Assembly: GCA_964412195.1 (NCBI GenBank)
Contig: CAYPNP010000010.1
Span: 34,166 to 98,165 of the forward strand
Direction: 5' to 3'
DNA length: 64,000 nt
Source: an uncultured Acidobacteriota bacterium
GTDB taxonomy: Bacteria > Acidobacteriota > JAAYUB01
Position 1 is the stretch's first letter. Every line of letters starts with the position of its first letter. The notes under the pieces were generated by a model, which saw nothing but the letters and a program-made list of their open reading frames with translations, did no database searches and had not been told where the DNA came from. The position numbers and the translations under genes were made by a program. Positions 27,519-36,567 of this stretch are shown here, piece by piece.

Positions 27519-28467
27519 AGAGGAGGCCGTACTTCTTGCGCTTCTCGAGGAGGGTTTTCCGGTGGATGCCGAGGACGCGCGCCGCTTCGCCGATCCGGCC
27601 GCCGGTGTCGCGGAGCACCCGACGGATGTGCTCCCGTTCCACTTCGGCCAGATCCGGCACCGCCCCCGGTGCCGCTTGCTCCCGCAGGGATGCCGGGAGG
27701 TCATTCAGGCCGATGGAGGTTCCCGGCTGCAGAAGCGTCCACCGCCGGATCAGGTTCTGGAGCTCGCGCAGGTTGCCGGGGAACGCGTATCGCCGCAACC
27801 GGTCCAGCGCGGCCGGCCCGAAGCGGACCGGGGACACGCGGGCGCGGGCGGCTTCCTGGCGGGCGACGAATTCCGCCAGGGCGGGCAGCTCCGCGGCCAG
27901 CTCATGGAGGGGCGGCAGGCCCACGGTGAACAGGGCCAGCCGGTAGTACAGCTCCTGGCGCAGGACGCCGCGCCGTACGAGCTCTTCGGGAGGTTCTTGC
28001 AGGATGCCGACGAATCGCGCCTGAAAGATCGTCTCGGCCGGGGCGCCCATGGGGGTGAAGCGGCCCAGCTCCACGACCCGCAGCAGCTTGGCCTGCGAGG
28101 CCGGCGACAGGCAGTCCAGCTCGTCCAGCACCAGCGTGCCGCCGTGGGCCTTGACCAGCCGGCCCTCGTGGTCGTCGGCCGCGCCGGTGAAGGCCCCGCG
28201 GACGTACCCGAAGAGTTCGGTCTCCACGAGGGCCTCGGGGAGGGACGAGCAGCTCAGCTCAACATAAGGACCGTCCCGGCGGGGGCCGAGCCGGTGGGAC
28301 AGGTAGGCGAACAGGTTCTTGCCGGTGCCGCTCTCGCCCCAGATCAGGCAATTGGCGCCGGACGCGGCGATCCGGGACACGGTGTCGAGGACCGCCCGGA
28401 GCGGTCCGGCCCCAATGAAGACCGCCGCGAGGTCGTCTTCCCGCGGAACCCCGTTCGGCGCGTTCAT
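27517..28467 (-). CDS. Sigma54-dependent transcriptional activator, AAA+ domain only (PspF-like, no receiver/sensor domain) with C-terminal Fis-type HTH
   Basis: GESGTGK Walker A, the GAFTGA sigma54-contact motif, ELFGY, and a C-terminal HTH (IGEAARVLGIHRKTLLEKRKKYGL). 316 aa. Confidence 0.8.
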   Translation of the reverse strand: MNAPNGVPREDDLAAVFIGAGPLRAVLDTVSRIAASGANCLIWGESGTGKNLFAYLSHRLGPRRDGPYVELSCSSLPEALVETELFGYVRGAFTGAADDHEGRLVKAHGGTLVLDELDCLSPASQAKLLRVVELGRFTPMGAPAETIFQARFVGILQEPPEELVRRGVLRQELYYRLALFTVGLPPLHELAAELPALAEFVARQEAARARVSPVRFGPAALDRLRRYAFPGNLRELQNLIRRWTLLQPGTSIGLNDLPASLREQAAPGAVPDLAEVEREHIRRVLRDTGGRIGEAARVLGIHRKTLLEKRKKYGLL

Positions 28468-28475
28468 GGGATCAC

Positions 28476-28823
28476 CTACTGGGCGAAGGAGCGGACGTCC
28501 ACCGCCTTGCCGTCGGCCCAGAGCTTCTCCAGCTCATAGAACTCGCGGGCTTCCAGCGAGAAGATGTGGACGATGAAATCGAAGTAGTCCATCAGGATCC
28601 ACTCGGCGTTCTGGTAGCCCTCGACGTGCGCGGGTTTCCGGTCCTGCTGGCCGAGCTTCTCCATCAGCTCGTCGGCCAGGATCTGGATGTGCTTGCTGTT
28701 GGCCCCCGAGCAGATGACAAAGTAGTTGGTGAAAGAGGAGATTCGGGAAACATCCAGGATGCGGACATTGATGGCTTTCTTGGCATCCAGGATCTCGTGG
28801 ATGGCGGTCAGGGTCTCTTTCAT
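28476..28823 (-). CDS. rsfS: Ribosome silencing factor RsfS (Iojap family)
   Basis: 115 aa with the [25 protein letters not shown]...DYFDFIVHIFS Iojap signature. Start overlaps the nadD stop by 4 nt. Confidence 0.85.
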   Translation of the reverse strand: MKETLTAIHEILDAKKAINVRILDVSRISSFTNYFVICSGANSKHIQILADELMEKLGQQDRKPAHVEGYQNAEWILMDYFDFIVHIFSLEAREFYELEKLWADGKAVDVRSFAQ

Positions 28824-29506
28824 TGGCCTCCATAGAGTCCGAGTTTTCGGATATATTCCAAGACGGGCGCCGGGGCCATCCCGGCGCAATCCCGGCCGGA
28901 TTCTACCATATGCCGGACTGCGGTTGAAGAAATATCCGGTGTGCCCAAGTCCGCCAGCAGCGAGATCCCGGGCCGGTCCAGCTTTTCGCGCAGCTCGTCG
29001 TCCGGGCGGTTCCGACCGTCGAAGATCCGGTCCGCCGTGACGAGGGCCGTCGCCTCGGGGCCCAGCTCCACGCCGGGTCGCTGCACGAACAGGAAGCGGA
29101 ACTCCCGCAGCAGGCCGTCGGCGTCCTTCCAGAGGTGGAAGTCGCGGAGGGAGTCCCCGCCGGCCAGGAACAGGATCTGCGCGGGTGCGTACCCGTAATG
29201 GGCGCAGAACCGGCGCAGGGCGTCGATGGTGTAGGACGGGCCCGGCGTCTCCAGCTCCAGGGTGCAGGGGACCCATTCGGGCCGCCCCGCGGCGGCCAGC
29301 GCCACCATGGCGAAGCGGTGCCAGGCCGGCGCGAGCGGCCGGCCCAGTTTGTGCGGGGGCGTGTTGCCGACCAGGAAATAAACCCGCTCCAATTCCAGCC
29401 GGTCCACCGCGCCCCCAGCCATGACCAGGTGGGCGTTGTGGACGGGGTCGAACGTCCCGCCGAGGATGCCGACGCTCGGCGCGGTCCCGGCCCGCCCGGC
29501 GGTCAT
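28820..29506 (-). CDS. nadD: Nicotinate-nucleotide adenylyltransferase NadD
   Basis: [14 protein letters not shown] (HxGH nucleotidyltransferase motif) near the N-terminus. Start set at the internal Met (MTAGRAG...) before this motif. Confidence 0.8.
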   Translation of the reverse strand: MTAGRAGTAPSVGILGGTFDPVHNAHLVMAGGAVDRLELERVYFLVGNTPPHKLGRPLAPAWHRFAMVALAAAGRPEWVPCTLELETPGPSYTIDALRRFCAHYGYAPAQILFLAGGDSLRDFHLWKDADGLLREFRFLFVQRPGVELGPEATALVTADRIFDGRNRPDDELREKLDRPGISLLADLGTPDISSTAVRHMVESGRDCAGMAPAPVLEYIRKLGLYGGQ

Positions 29507-30534
29507 GATCCGGCCTCCGCGGGCGCGGTCCCGCCGACGGGAGTGAACACGATCTCGCCCAGCTGCTGCACCAGCTCCGGCAGACCGGTCCCGGCGACCG
29601 CCGAGATGGCCAGGAAGGGCAGCTTCTTGCGCCGGCAATACTGGCGTAGGCGCTTGAGCTGGGTTTCGTCGGAGAGGGCGTCGATCTTGGTGGCCACCAC
29701 CAGCATGGGCTTCTCCAGCAGGGCCGGGTTGAAGAGCTTCATCTCCTGGTTGATGGCCCGGAAGCGCTCCACGGGATCGCGGGGCTCCAGGCCGGACACG
29801 TCGACGAGGTGGGCCAGGACCGCGGTGCGCTCCACGTGGCGGAGGAAGCGGTCGCCCAGCCCGGCGCCGCGGTGGGCGCCCTCGATCAGCCCGGGAATGT
29901 CCGCCACGACGAAGCTGCGGAACTCGTGGAAGCGGACCACGCCCAAATGCGGCGCGAGCGTGGTGAACGGGTAGTCGGCGATCTTGGGGCGGGCGGCCGA
30001 GATGCGCGAGATCAGGGTGGACTTGCCGGCGTTGGGGTAGCCGATCAGGCCCACGTCCGACAGCAGCTTGAGTTCCAGCTCCAGGTCGCGCTCCTCGCCC
30101 GGCCGCCCGGGCTCGTGCTTGCGCGGCGCCTGGTTGGTGGAGGTGGCGAAACGGGCGTTGCCGCGGCCGCCGCGGCCACCCCGCGCGGCTACGAAGCGCT
30201 GGCCGGATTCGGTGAAGTCGAACAGCGTCTCGCCGGTCTCCACGTCGCGGACGGTGGTGCCGACCGGCACGACGACCTCGAGGTCTGCGCCGTTGAGGCC
30301 GGCCTTGTTGCTGCCCTGGCCGTGGTCGCCCCGCTCGGCGCGGTAGAGGCGCTGGTAGCGGAAGTCCAGCAGGGTGTTGATCTGGCCGGAGCTGACCAGG
30401 ACGACGCTGCCGCCGTTGCCGCCGTCGCCGCCGCTGGGTCCGCCGCGGGGGACGAACTTCTCCCGCCGGAACGCGAGGCAGCCGTTGCCGCCGTCGCCCG
30501 CCTTGACGTGGATGGTGGCGTAGTCGATGAACAT
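29503..30534 (-). CDS. obg: GTPase Obg/CgtA
   Basis: N-terminal glycine-rich Obg fold ([27 protein letters not shown]...GGDGGNGG). G1 GYPNAGKST and G-domain motifs. Confidence 0.9.
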   Translation of the reverse strand: MFIDYATIHVKAGDGGNGCLAFRREKFVPRGGPSGGDGGNGGSVVLVSSGQINTLLDFRYQRLYRAERGDHGQGSNKAGLNGADLEVVVPVGTTVRDVETGETLFDFTESGQRFVAARGGRGGRGNARFATSTNQAPRKHEPGRPGEERDLELELKLLSDVGLIGYPNAGKSTLISRISAARPKIADYPFTTLAPHLGVVRFHEFRSFVVADIPGLIEGAHRGAGLGDRFLRHVERTAVLAHLVDVSGLEPRDPVERFRAINQEMKLFNPALLEKPMLVVATKIDALSDETQLKRLRQYCRRKKLPFLAISAVAGTGLPELVQQLGEIVFTPVGGTAPAEAGS

Positions 30535-30540
30535 GAGACC

Positions 30541-30584
30541 ATTATAAAAAGCGAAATACAGGTTGGGAACCTGTATTTCGCTTA
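30541..30584 (-). terminator. Rho-independent terminator/attenuator between rpmA and obg
   Basis: On the minus strand, a perfect 15-bp stem AGCGAAATACAGGTT-ccc-AACCTGTATTTCGCT is followed by TTTTTATAA. Confidence 0.7.
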
Positions 30585-30605
30585 TTTTGGATTGTCAGGA
30601 GGATG

Positions 30606-30866
30606 TCAGTTGGACAGGGGGACGATGTTGATGAACTTGCCCTTGGCGCCCCGGTCACGGAACTCCACCACGCCGGCGATCTTGGCATAGAGCGTGTCGT
30701 CCTTGCCGCGGCCGACGTTGAGGCCGGGTTTGATCGGCGTGCCGCGCTGCCGCACCAGGATGCTGCCGCCGGTGACGGTCTGGCCGCCGAACCGCTTGAT
30801 GCCGAGCCGCTGGGACTGGCTGTCCCGTCCGTTTCTGGAGCTGCCCACACCCTTTTTGTGTGCCAT
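30606..30866 (-). CDS. rpmA: 50S ribosomal protein L27
   Basis: [28 protein letters not shown]... is the canonical L27 N-terminus. 86 aa. Confidence 0.9.
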   Translation of the reverse strand: MAHKKGVGSSRNGRDSQSQRLGIKRFGGQTVTGGSILVRQRGTPIKPGLNVGRGKDDTLYAKIAGVVEFRDRGAKGKFINIVPLSN

Positions 30867-30868
30867 GG

Positions 30869-31189
30869 CTACTCTCCTTGCACTTCGATTTTGTCGATCT
30901 TCAGGGCGGTGAACTCCTGGCGGTGGCCCTTCAGCCGCTTGTATTGCTTCCGCTTCTTCTTCTTGAAGACCAGGGTCTTGTCGCCCTTGCCGATCTCCAC
31001 CACCGTGGCCTTCACCGCGGCGTTGGCGATGACCGGGGTGCCGACCAGGACCGCGTCCTCGGTTTCCACCAGGAGCACGTCCTTGATCTCGACGCCCTCG
31101 CCCACCGGGGCGCCCAGGGTCTCGACCCGCACGGTCTGGCCTTCTTCCACCTTGATCTGTTTTCCACCCGTCTTGATTATGGCAAACAC
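30869..31189 (-). CDS. rplU: 50S ribosomal protein L21
   Basis: (V/M)[17 protein letters not shown]... is the canonical L21 start. GTG start 8 nt downstream of GGAGG. C-terminal KGHRQ motif. The ORF-track N-terminal extension is rejected. Confidence 0.85.
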   Translation of the reverse strand: MFAIIKTGGKQIKVEEGQTVRVETLGAPVGEGVEIKDVLLVETEDAVLVGTPVIANAAVKATVVEIGKGDKTLVFKKKKRKQYKRLKGHRQEFTALKIDKIEVQGE

Positions 31190-31222
31190 CGCCGGATACC
31201 TCCATCTGATGTCAAAGCGCTG

Positions 31223-31251
31223 CATTATAAGTAGGCGCGCCCCGCTTGTCA
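31223..31251 (-). promoter_or_regulatory. Consensus sigma70 promoter of the rplU-rpmA(-obg) operon
   Basis: On the minus strand: TTGACA-17 nt-TATAAT (ggTTGACAagcggggcgcgcctactTATAATgcagcg), about 30 nt upstream of the rplU RBS. Confidence 0.75.
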
Positions 31252-31462
31252 ACCGGATTTTCCTGCTGCAGTCGATTTTCGCGCCCGGGGGGACCGAACC
31301 ACGAACCGCACGAACCCCACGAAAGGGGATCCTTGCCTGCGACGCGCCTTCCGGTTCTGCCGATTCGCCGATTCACCGTTGGATCGTGCGGACGGGAACG
31401 TCTGCGCTCCGGATTTCTCTGCGTCTCTGCCCCTCTGCGGGCTCTGCGTGAAATTCCTGATT

Positions 31463-31553
31463 CGATTACGATTACGATTACGATTACGAAGACGATTACG
31501 AGTACGATCGGCGATTACGATCGGCACAGGTCACCCGTCACCGGTCACCCGTC
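31463..31553. repeat. Tandem hexamer array (CGATTA)n of about 8 units, followed by a GGTCACC/CGTCACC heptamer cluster
   Basis: gattacgattacgattacgattacgaagacgattacgagtacgatcggcgattacgatcgg, then ggtcacccgtcaccggtcacccgtc. Lies immediately 3' of the CbcL-like gene stop. Confidence 0.7.
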
Positions 31554-31568
31554 GCTTGGCGGTGTCGT

Positions 31569-33506
31569 CTACTCCTCGACCAGCTTCGGCTTCGACTTGG
31601 GCTTGTGCAGCTCGCGGTGCGCCCAGACCGGGTACTTCTCCTCGGCCAGGTCCACCGTCACCTTGCCGCTGAGCCAGCTCAGGTTCATCGGGTACTCCTC
31701 CGGGTGCAGGATCACGAAGAAGAAGTGCCAGACGATGATGGCCAGGGTCGCCAGGATCGCCTCGTAGTAGTGGACGACCTCGCTGACCTTGACGATCCAG
31801 AACGGCAGGAACTGGGTGAAGAAGGTGGGGAACCAGAGCACGAAGCCGGTGGCGGCCATCACGACCGTCCCCCAGATCAAGGCCCAGTACTCGGCCTTCT
31901 CGGAGTAGTCGTAACGGTCGAAGAGAGGCCGCTCCTTGGTCAGGCCGAGGTGGTGGCGGATGTTCAGCACGGCCTGGCGCATATCCTCGATCACGAACAG
32001 GATCGCCCGGAGCTGCTTCCGGCCGGTCTTGTGGAAGCCGAGGTAGATCATGTGCCACACCCCGGCGGCCAGCAGCCCGACCGCAAAAATGCGGTGGAGC
32101 GTCGAGCGCAGGTCTTCGTTGAGGCCTGCCGCCGCCAGCCGCTGGAACATGGTGTTCTCGGAGAAGCGGAGGGCGAAGCCGGTGATGACCAGCCCGATGA
32201 AGGTGATCGAAAGCAGGACGTGCTGCAGGATCTCCTGGAGGTTGAACCGCGTCAACGTCGGCTTGTTACGCTCCATGAGCCACTTCCTGCGGAAGTAGTA
32301 GCCGAGGATGATCAGGTTGTGGACCACCATGCCGCCGATGACCAGGATGATCATGATGATGTAGGCCGTCTGCATGAATCCGGCGATCTTGTTCTCCTGC
32401 ATGTTGGCGGCGGCGTGGGTGTAGCTCTCGGCAAACACCTTGTTCGCTTTCGGGTGGCAAGGCTGGCAGGTCTTCACCACGTTGGCCAGGGCGACCGTCG
32501 ATTTGGGGTCGCGTTGGGGCAGGATCAGATGGGTCCCGTGGCAGCTGACGCAGGTGGCGGCCCGCTTGCTCCCCAGGTTGATGGACAGGCCATGGTAGGA
32601 GTCGACAAACTCCATCGAGACGCCGAGCCCTTTGCCGAATTTCTCCAGGATGCGCGGGTTGCTGTGGCAGTCGAGGCAGAGCTGATAGCTCAGCTTGTGG
32701 TTGAAGGTCCGCGACTCCTTGGAATGGCGTCCCAGGATCCGGTGCTCGCCGTGGCAGTCCGTGCAGGTGGGTGATTCGGAGATGCCCAGCGCGAAGGCCT
32801 TGCCGTGGATGCTTTGGGTGTATTCCCGGGTGACCTCCGTATGGCACTGGCCGCAGGTGGTCGGCAGGCGCCAGCGGTTGATGCGGCTCTCGGGGTCGGC
32901 CGGCCCGCGCAGGTCGTGGGTGCCGTGACAGTCGGTGCAGGTGGCCGCCTTGAGGTTGCCGGCCAGGATGGCCTTGGCGTGGGCGCTCTGCTTGTAGCTT
33001 TCCATGACCTGGGGCATCCGGACTTCCATCTCCCGCAGCGCCGTGCCGCTGTGGCAGCGCCCGCAGAGGGTCACCTGGTTGGCCTTGTGGGTCGGGGAGG
33101 CCGGGTCCTGGGCGGAGAGGATCGCGTGGCTGGTGTGGCAGCTGGCGCAGGTCGGCGCTTCCTTGTAGCCAAGAAGGTGCACCTTGGCGTGGAAGCTGTG
33201 CGAGTACTCCTTCACCGCATCTTCATGGCAGGTGGAGCAGTCGACGGGCTTCAGCTGCTCGGCGTGGGGGAAATCCGTGAAGCCGGCCAGGTCGGCGTGG
33301 CAGTCCACGCAGTCGAAGCCGCCGTGCACGGAGTTCTCGAACTTCTTCTGGTCCACGAACATGGACCGGGTCTTGCCGTCAGGGCCGGCGCCGGTCAGCT
33401 CCTTGTCCTCATGGCACTGCATGCAGGAGGCCACGTCGGCCAGCCCCCAGGCCGTCAGGGAGGCGCCCAGGATCAGGGCCAGGCAAAGAAACCTTCTCAA
33501 AGGCAT
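31569..33506 (-). CDS. CbcL-like fusion cytochrome: periplasmic multihaem c-type domain (about 11 CxxCH) fused to a C-terminal di-haem cytochrome b membrane domain (HydC/FdnI/NarI-like)
   Basis: Signal peptide. Eleven CxxCH motifs (CMQCH, CVDCH, CSTCH, CASCH, CGRCH, CTDCH, CGQCH, CTDCH, CLDCH, CVSCH, CQPCH). The last roughly 230 aa form 4-5 TM helices with conserved His, resembling formate dehydrogenase/hydrogenase b-type subunits. Confidence 0.7.
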   Translation of the reverse strand: MPLRRFLCLALILGASLTAWGLADVASCMQCHEDKELTGAGPDGKTRSMFVDQKKFENSVHGGFDCVDCHADLAGFTDFPHAEQLKPVDCSTCHEDAVKEYSHSFHAKVHLLGYKEAPTCASCHTSHAILSAQDPASPTHKANQVTLCGRCHSGTALREMEVRMPQVMESYKQSAHAKAILAGNLKAATCTDCHGTHDLRGPADPESRINRWRLPTTCGQCHTEVTREYTQSIHGKAFALGISESPTCTDCHGEHRILGRHSKESRTFNHKLSYQLCLDCHSNPRILEKFGKGLGVSMEFVDSYHGLSINLGSKRAATCVSCHGTHLILPQRDPKSTVALANVVKTCQPCHPKANKVFAESYTHAAANMQENKIAGFMQTAYIIMIILVIGGMVVHNLIILGYYFRRKWLMERNKPTLTRFNLQEILQHVLLSITFIGLVITGFALRFSENTMFQRLAAAGLNEDLRSTLHRIFAVGLLAAGVWHMIYLGFHKTGRKQLRAILFVIEDMRQAVLNIRHHLGLTKERPLFDRYDYSEKAEYWALIWGTVVMAATGFVLWFPTFFTQFLPFWIVKVSEVVHYYEAILATLAIIVWHFFFVILHPEEYPMNLSWLSGKVTVDLAEEKYPVWAHRELHKPKSKPKLVEE

Positions 33507-33633
33507 AATTCACTCCGGGACAATTATTCTGCATCAACAAATGCAGATTCTAACAGTTTTCCTGGAAAGCTGAAATATATTTTGAATATAGATTGCACCG
33601 GCCGGGACGGCGGGCCGCCCCGGCCGGCAATTC

Positions 33634-35646
33634 CTACTTGGTGGCGGCCGGCGCCCACGCCAGCAGCTTCATCGCCCGCCCGTAGATGTCGCCGGACAGG
33701 CCGGTGTTGTGCACGCCCTTGGCCTTGAGCATGAAGCGGTAGATCTTCTCGGCCTCGGCCACGGAGCGGGCGTGCTCGCTTCCCGCGCCCTCCTTGGGCG
33801 AGAGGGCGGCACGGGCCTGGACCAGCCGGACCGCCAGCGCCTGGACGGATTTCTCGTCATCGCGGATCCATTCCATCGCCATGTCGTCATAGCCCTGTTC
33901 GTGGCAGGCGACACAGGCTTTCTGGACGCCCCGCACGAGCGGATCCTTCGAGGCCAGGTCGTGGCAGGCGTCGCAGCCGGCGTCCGCCTTGGCCATCGCA
34001 TCGGGATCCCCGCTGATGCCGAGATCCGCCACCCGGCCGTGGTAGAGCTGGTCCTGGGCGGAATGGCACTGGCGGCACTCCTTCTTGGCGTCCCCGTGGT
34101 GGCAGCTGCGGCAATCCTCGCGCTTGACCGTCGTCAGGCCGTGCCCCTCCAGGCTGTGGCACTTGTCGCAGGTGATGCCCGCATTCAGGTGGGGCAGATG
34201 CGGGTAGTCGACCCCCTGGAACCCGACCGGCTCGGACAGGTGGGAGGTCGAGTGGCAGACGCGGCAGTAACCGGCCGGCGAAGCCAGCACCACCGGCGGC
34301 GTGGGGACGCCTCCGCCGGTTTGCCGGTAGACCGCGGCGGCGCTGTTCTCGGCCGCCCGGAGGAGTTCCACCGCGTAATGGACGTTATGCTGGCCGCGGG
34401 CCCGCCGGACGAACTCGATATTGTGGCGCGCGTCCGAGAGGCCCGGCTGCAGCTTCTGCCGCACGGATGCGGAGGCGCCCGCCAGCCGCCCTTCGGCGCC
34501 GCGGACCGTCTGGTCCACCAGGCCGGTCAGGGACCCGATCTCGCGGACCCAGTCGTCCACCATCCGGCCGTAGCCGGCGCCATGGCAGCGGGTGCAGGAT
34601 TCCCGCAGCGCCTTGGCTTTCGCCTCTTTCCCGCCCTCCACCTCGACGTGGCAGGAGTCGCAGCCCACGCGGGCCAGGAACATGGTGTCGGGGGTGTCGG
34701 GCACGCCCCGGCCGCCGATGCCGATGTACAACTGCTCCTGGGGGGTGTGGGTGGGCCGGTGGCAACTGGTGCAGTTCTGCTGGAGGGCCGCCGACATCTG
34801 CACCTTGCCGTGCTGCATGACGTTGTGGCAGCGGAAGCAGTCGATGGCGTGCTCGCCCAGGTGGGTCTGATGGAGCTGTTCCACGTCGGAAAGTCCGGAC
34901 AGCCGCTGGACGTGGCAGGCGCTGCACCGGTCCGCTGAGACCTTGGCGTCTCCGCGGACGACCTGGGAATGGCACAGGTCGCAGCGGACGCCGCGCTTGA
35001 GGTAGGTGCCGTGGTTGAACTGGAAGCCCTGGTGGGTGATCACGATCTTCGGCGGGCCGTGGCAGACCAGGCAGCCGGTGACGGCCTGTCCCTGCTCCGC
35101 GCCCTTGAAGTGGCAGACGTAGCAGGTGGCGGGGTCCACGCCGGGGTACTGCGCCGGCCCGCCCTTGCCGGGGGCCGCTTTCATCAGGTGCTGGGCATCG
35201 TGGCAGGAGGTGCAGTGCAGGTGCTTGCCGCGGCGCATGTGCCCGAGGTGGTTGCGGTGGGAAAACTTGATGTTTTTCAGGAACGGCGTGCTGGGGTCCA
35301 ACTCCTGGCGCTCATGGCAGGACAGGCAGCGGGAGTCGGGCACCTCGGCCCGCAGCTGGGTGGTGTAGATGCCGAGGGCGTACTGCAGGTACAGCTTCGA
35401 AATCAGGAACCGGTATTCCCCGTGGCACTCCACGCAGGCGACGTCTGCATGGGTCGGGTTGTGCTGGCGGCCCTCCACGTAAGGCTGCATGATGTGGCAG
35501 CTGCCGCAGAACGGCGAGTAGGCCGAGATGAAATAGAAAGCCACCTGGAAGACCAGGACCGCCGCCAGGCCGATGCCCAGGAGCGTCAGGAGCGCCCGGC
35601 GATGCTCGATGATGCCCTCCCAGATGGCCAGCCAGAGATGTCGCAT
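33634..35646 (-). CDS. Membrane-anchored NapC/NirT-type multihaem cytochrome c with about 18 haem-binding sites
   Basis: A single N-terminal TM helix is followed immediately by CGSCH, as in the NapC/NirT/NrfH architecture. A further 17 CxxCH motifs follow over 670 aa. Confidence 0.7.
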   Translation of the reverse strand: MRHLWLAIWEGIIEHRRALLTLLGIGLAAVLVFQVAFYFISAYSPFCGSCHIMQPYVEGRQHNPTHADVACVECHGEYRFLISKLYLQYALGIYTTQLRAEVPDSRCLSCHERQELDPSTPFLKNIKFSHRNHLGHMRRGKHLHCTSCHDAQHLMKAAPGKGGPAQYPGVDPATCYVCHFKGAEQGQAVTGCLVCHGPPKIVITHQGFQFNHGTYLKRGVRCDLCHSQVVRGDAKVSADRCSACHVQRLSGLSDVEQLHQTHLGEHAIDCFRCHNVMQHGKVQMSAALQQNCTSCHRPTHTPQEQLYIGIGGRGVPDTPDTMFLARVGCDSCHVEVEGGKEAKAKALRESCTRCHGAGYGRMVDDWVREIGSLTGLVDQTVRGAEGRLAGASASVRQKLQPGLSDARHNIEFVRRARGQHNVHYAVELLRAAENSAAAVYRQTGGGVPTPPVVLASPAGYCRVCHSTSHLSEPVGFQGVDYPHLPHLNAGITCDKCHSLEGHGLTTVKREDCRSCHHGDAKKECRQCHSAQDQLYHGRVADLGISGDPDAMAKADAGCDACHDLASKDPLVRGVQKACVACHEQGYDDMAMEWIRDDEKSVQALAVRLVQARAALSPKEGAGSEHARSVAEAEKIYRFMLKAKGVHNTGLSGDIYGRAMKLLAWAPAATK

Positions 35647-35656
35647 GAGGGTCTCC

Positions 35657-36565
35657 TTACTCCGTGTTTCGGGTCTGGGCGGCCCGTTCGGCCTGGATCC
35701 GTTCGTACTCCAGCGGGTGCTCGTCGATCATCTGGCGCGCGCTGAGTTTCCCCGTCAGGAACACCTTGTTCATCGGGAAGGAGTGCGGGTTGAAATGCAC
35801 GTTGTAAAAATGCCAGATGACGATGGCCAGCGTGGCCAGCAGGGCCTCGTCCGAGTGCATCTCCTTGGCGATGTCGGTGATCCAGAGGGGCATGTACCGC
35901 AGGATCAGGTCCTTGAACCAGAGCACCAGGCCGGATCCGATCATGATCACCATGCCCCAGTACACGGCCCAGTAGTCGAATTTCTCCACGTAGGAGTATT
36001 TGTCGTACTTGGGCTTCTCGGGCGTGCGGTGCAGGAAGTACTTGATCTGCTGGACAGCGTCCTTGCCGTCCTGGAGTTTGGGAATCAGCATGCCGAAGGT
36101 CTTCCGGCCGTTGCGCGTGACGATGATCCAGGCCAGGTGCCAGAGGCCGACGAAGATCAGCCCCGCCGCCGCGACGCGGTGGATGACCTTCGACACGTCG
36201 ATGCCGCCCATCAGGCCGATCACGGCCTTGGAAAGGTCCAGCTCCTTGAACTTGAGCGGCAGCCCGGTGAAGATCAGCACCAGCACCGAGACGGCCATGA
36301 TCCCGTGCATGATGCGCAGGACCAGGCTCATCCGCTCGTAGAAGATCGTGTCCAGGATGTCGGGCGCCGCCGCCGGCTCCTTCCTGGCTTTGCGCCGGGC
36401 GCGCTCACGGATCTGATGCTCCCGCCGGACCCAGGTGCCGAAGCGGCGGGACAGCGCGGGCAGCATGGCTTCCGCGGCCTTCCCGGCCTCCTCGGGGGAC
36501 AGGCCCAGGCGGTGCTGCAGCTCCGCGGCGGCGGCCCGCTTGAGGTCGTCGAGGTTCTGGTCCAT
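35657..36565 (-). CDS. Cytochrome b membrane subunit (HydC/FdnI-like, Ni/Fe-hydrogenase b-type cytochrome family)
   Basis: Four or five TM helices with conserved His (IMHGIMAVSVL...HRVAAAGLIFVGLWHL...WHFYNVHFNPH). Start set at internal MDQNL so that it abuts the upstream gene stop. Confidence 0.65.
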   Translation of the reverse strand: MDQNLDDLKRAAAAELQHRLGLSPEEAGKAAEAMLPALSRRFGTWVRREHQIRERARRKARKEPAAAPDILDTIFYERMSLVLRIMHGIMAVSVLVLIFTGLPLKFKELDLSKAVIGLMGGIDVSKVIHRVAAAGLIFVGLWHLAWIIVTRNGRKTFGMLIPKLQDGKDAVQQIKYFLHRTPEKPKYDKYSYVEKFDYWAVYWGMVIMIGSGLVLWFKDLILRYMPLWITDIAKEMHSDEALLATLAIVIWHFYNVHFNPHSFPMNKVFLTGKLSARQMIDEHPLEYERIQAERAAQTRNTE

Positions 36566-36567
36566 GG

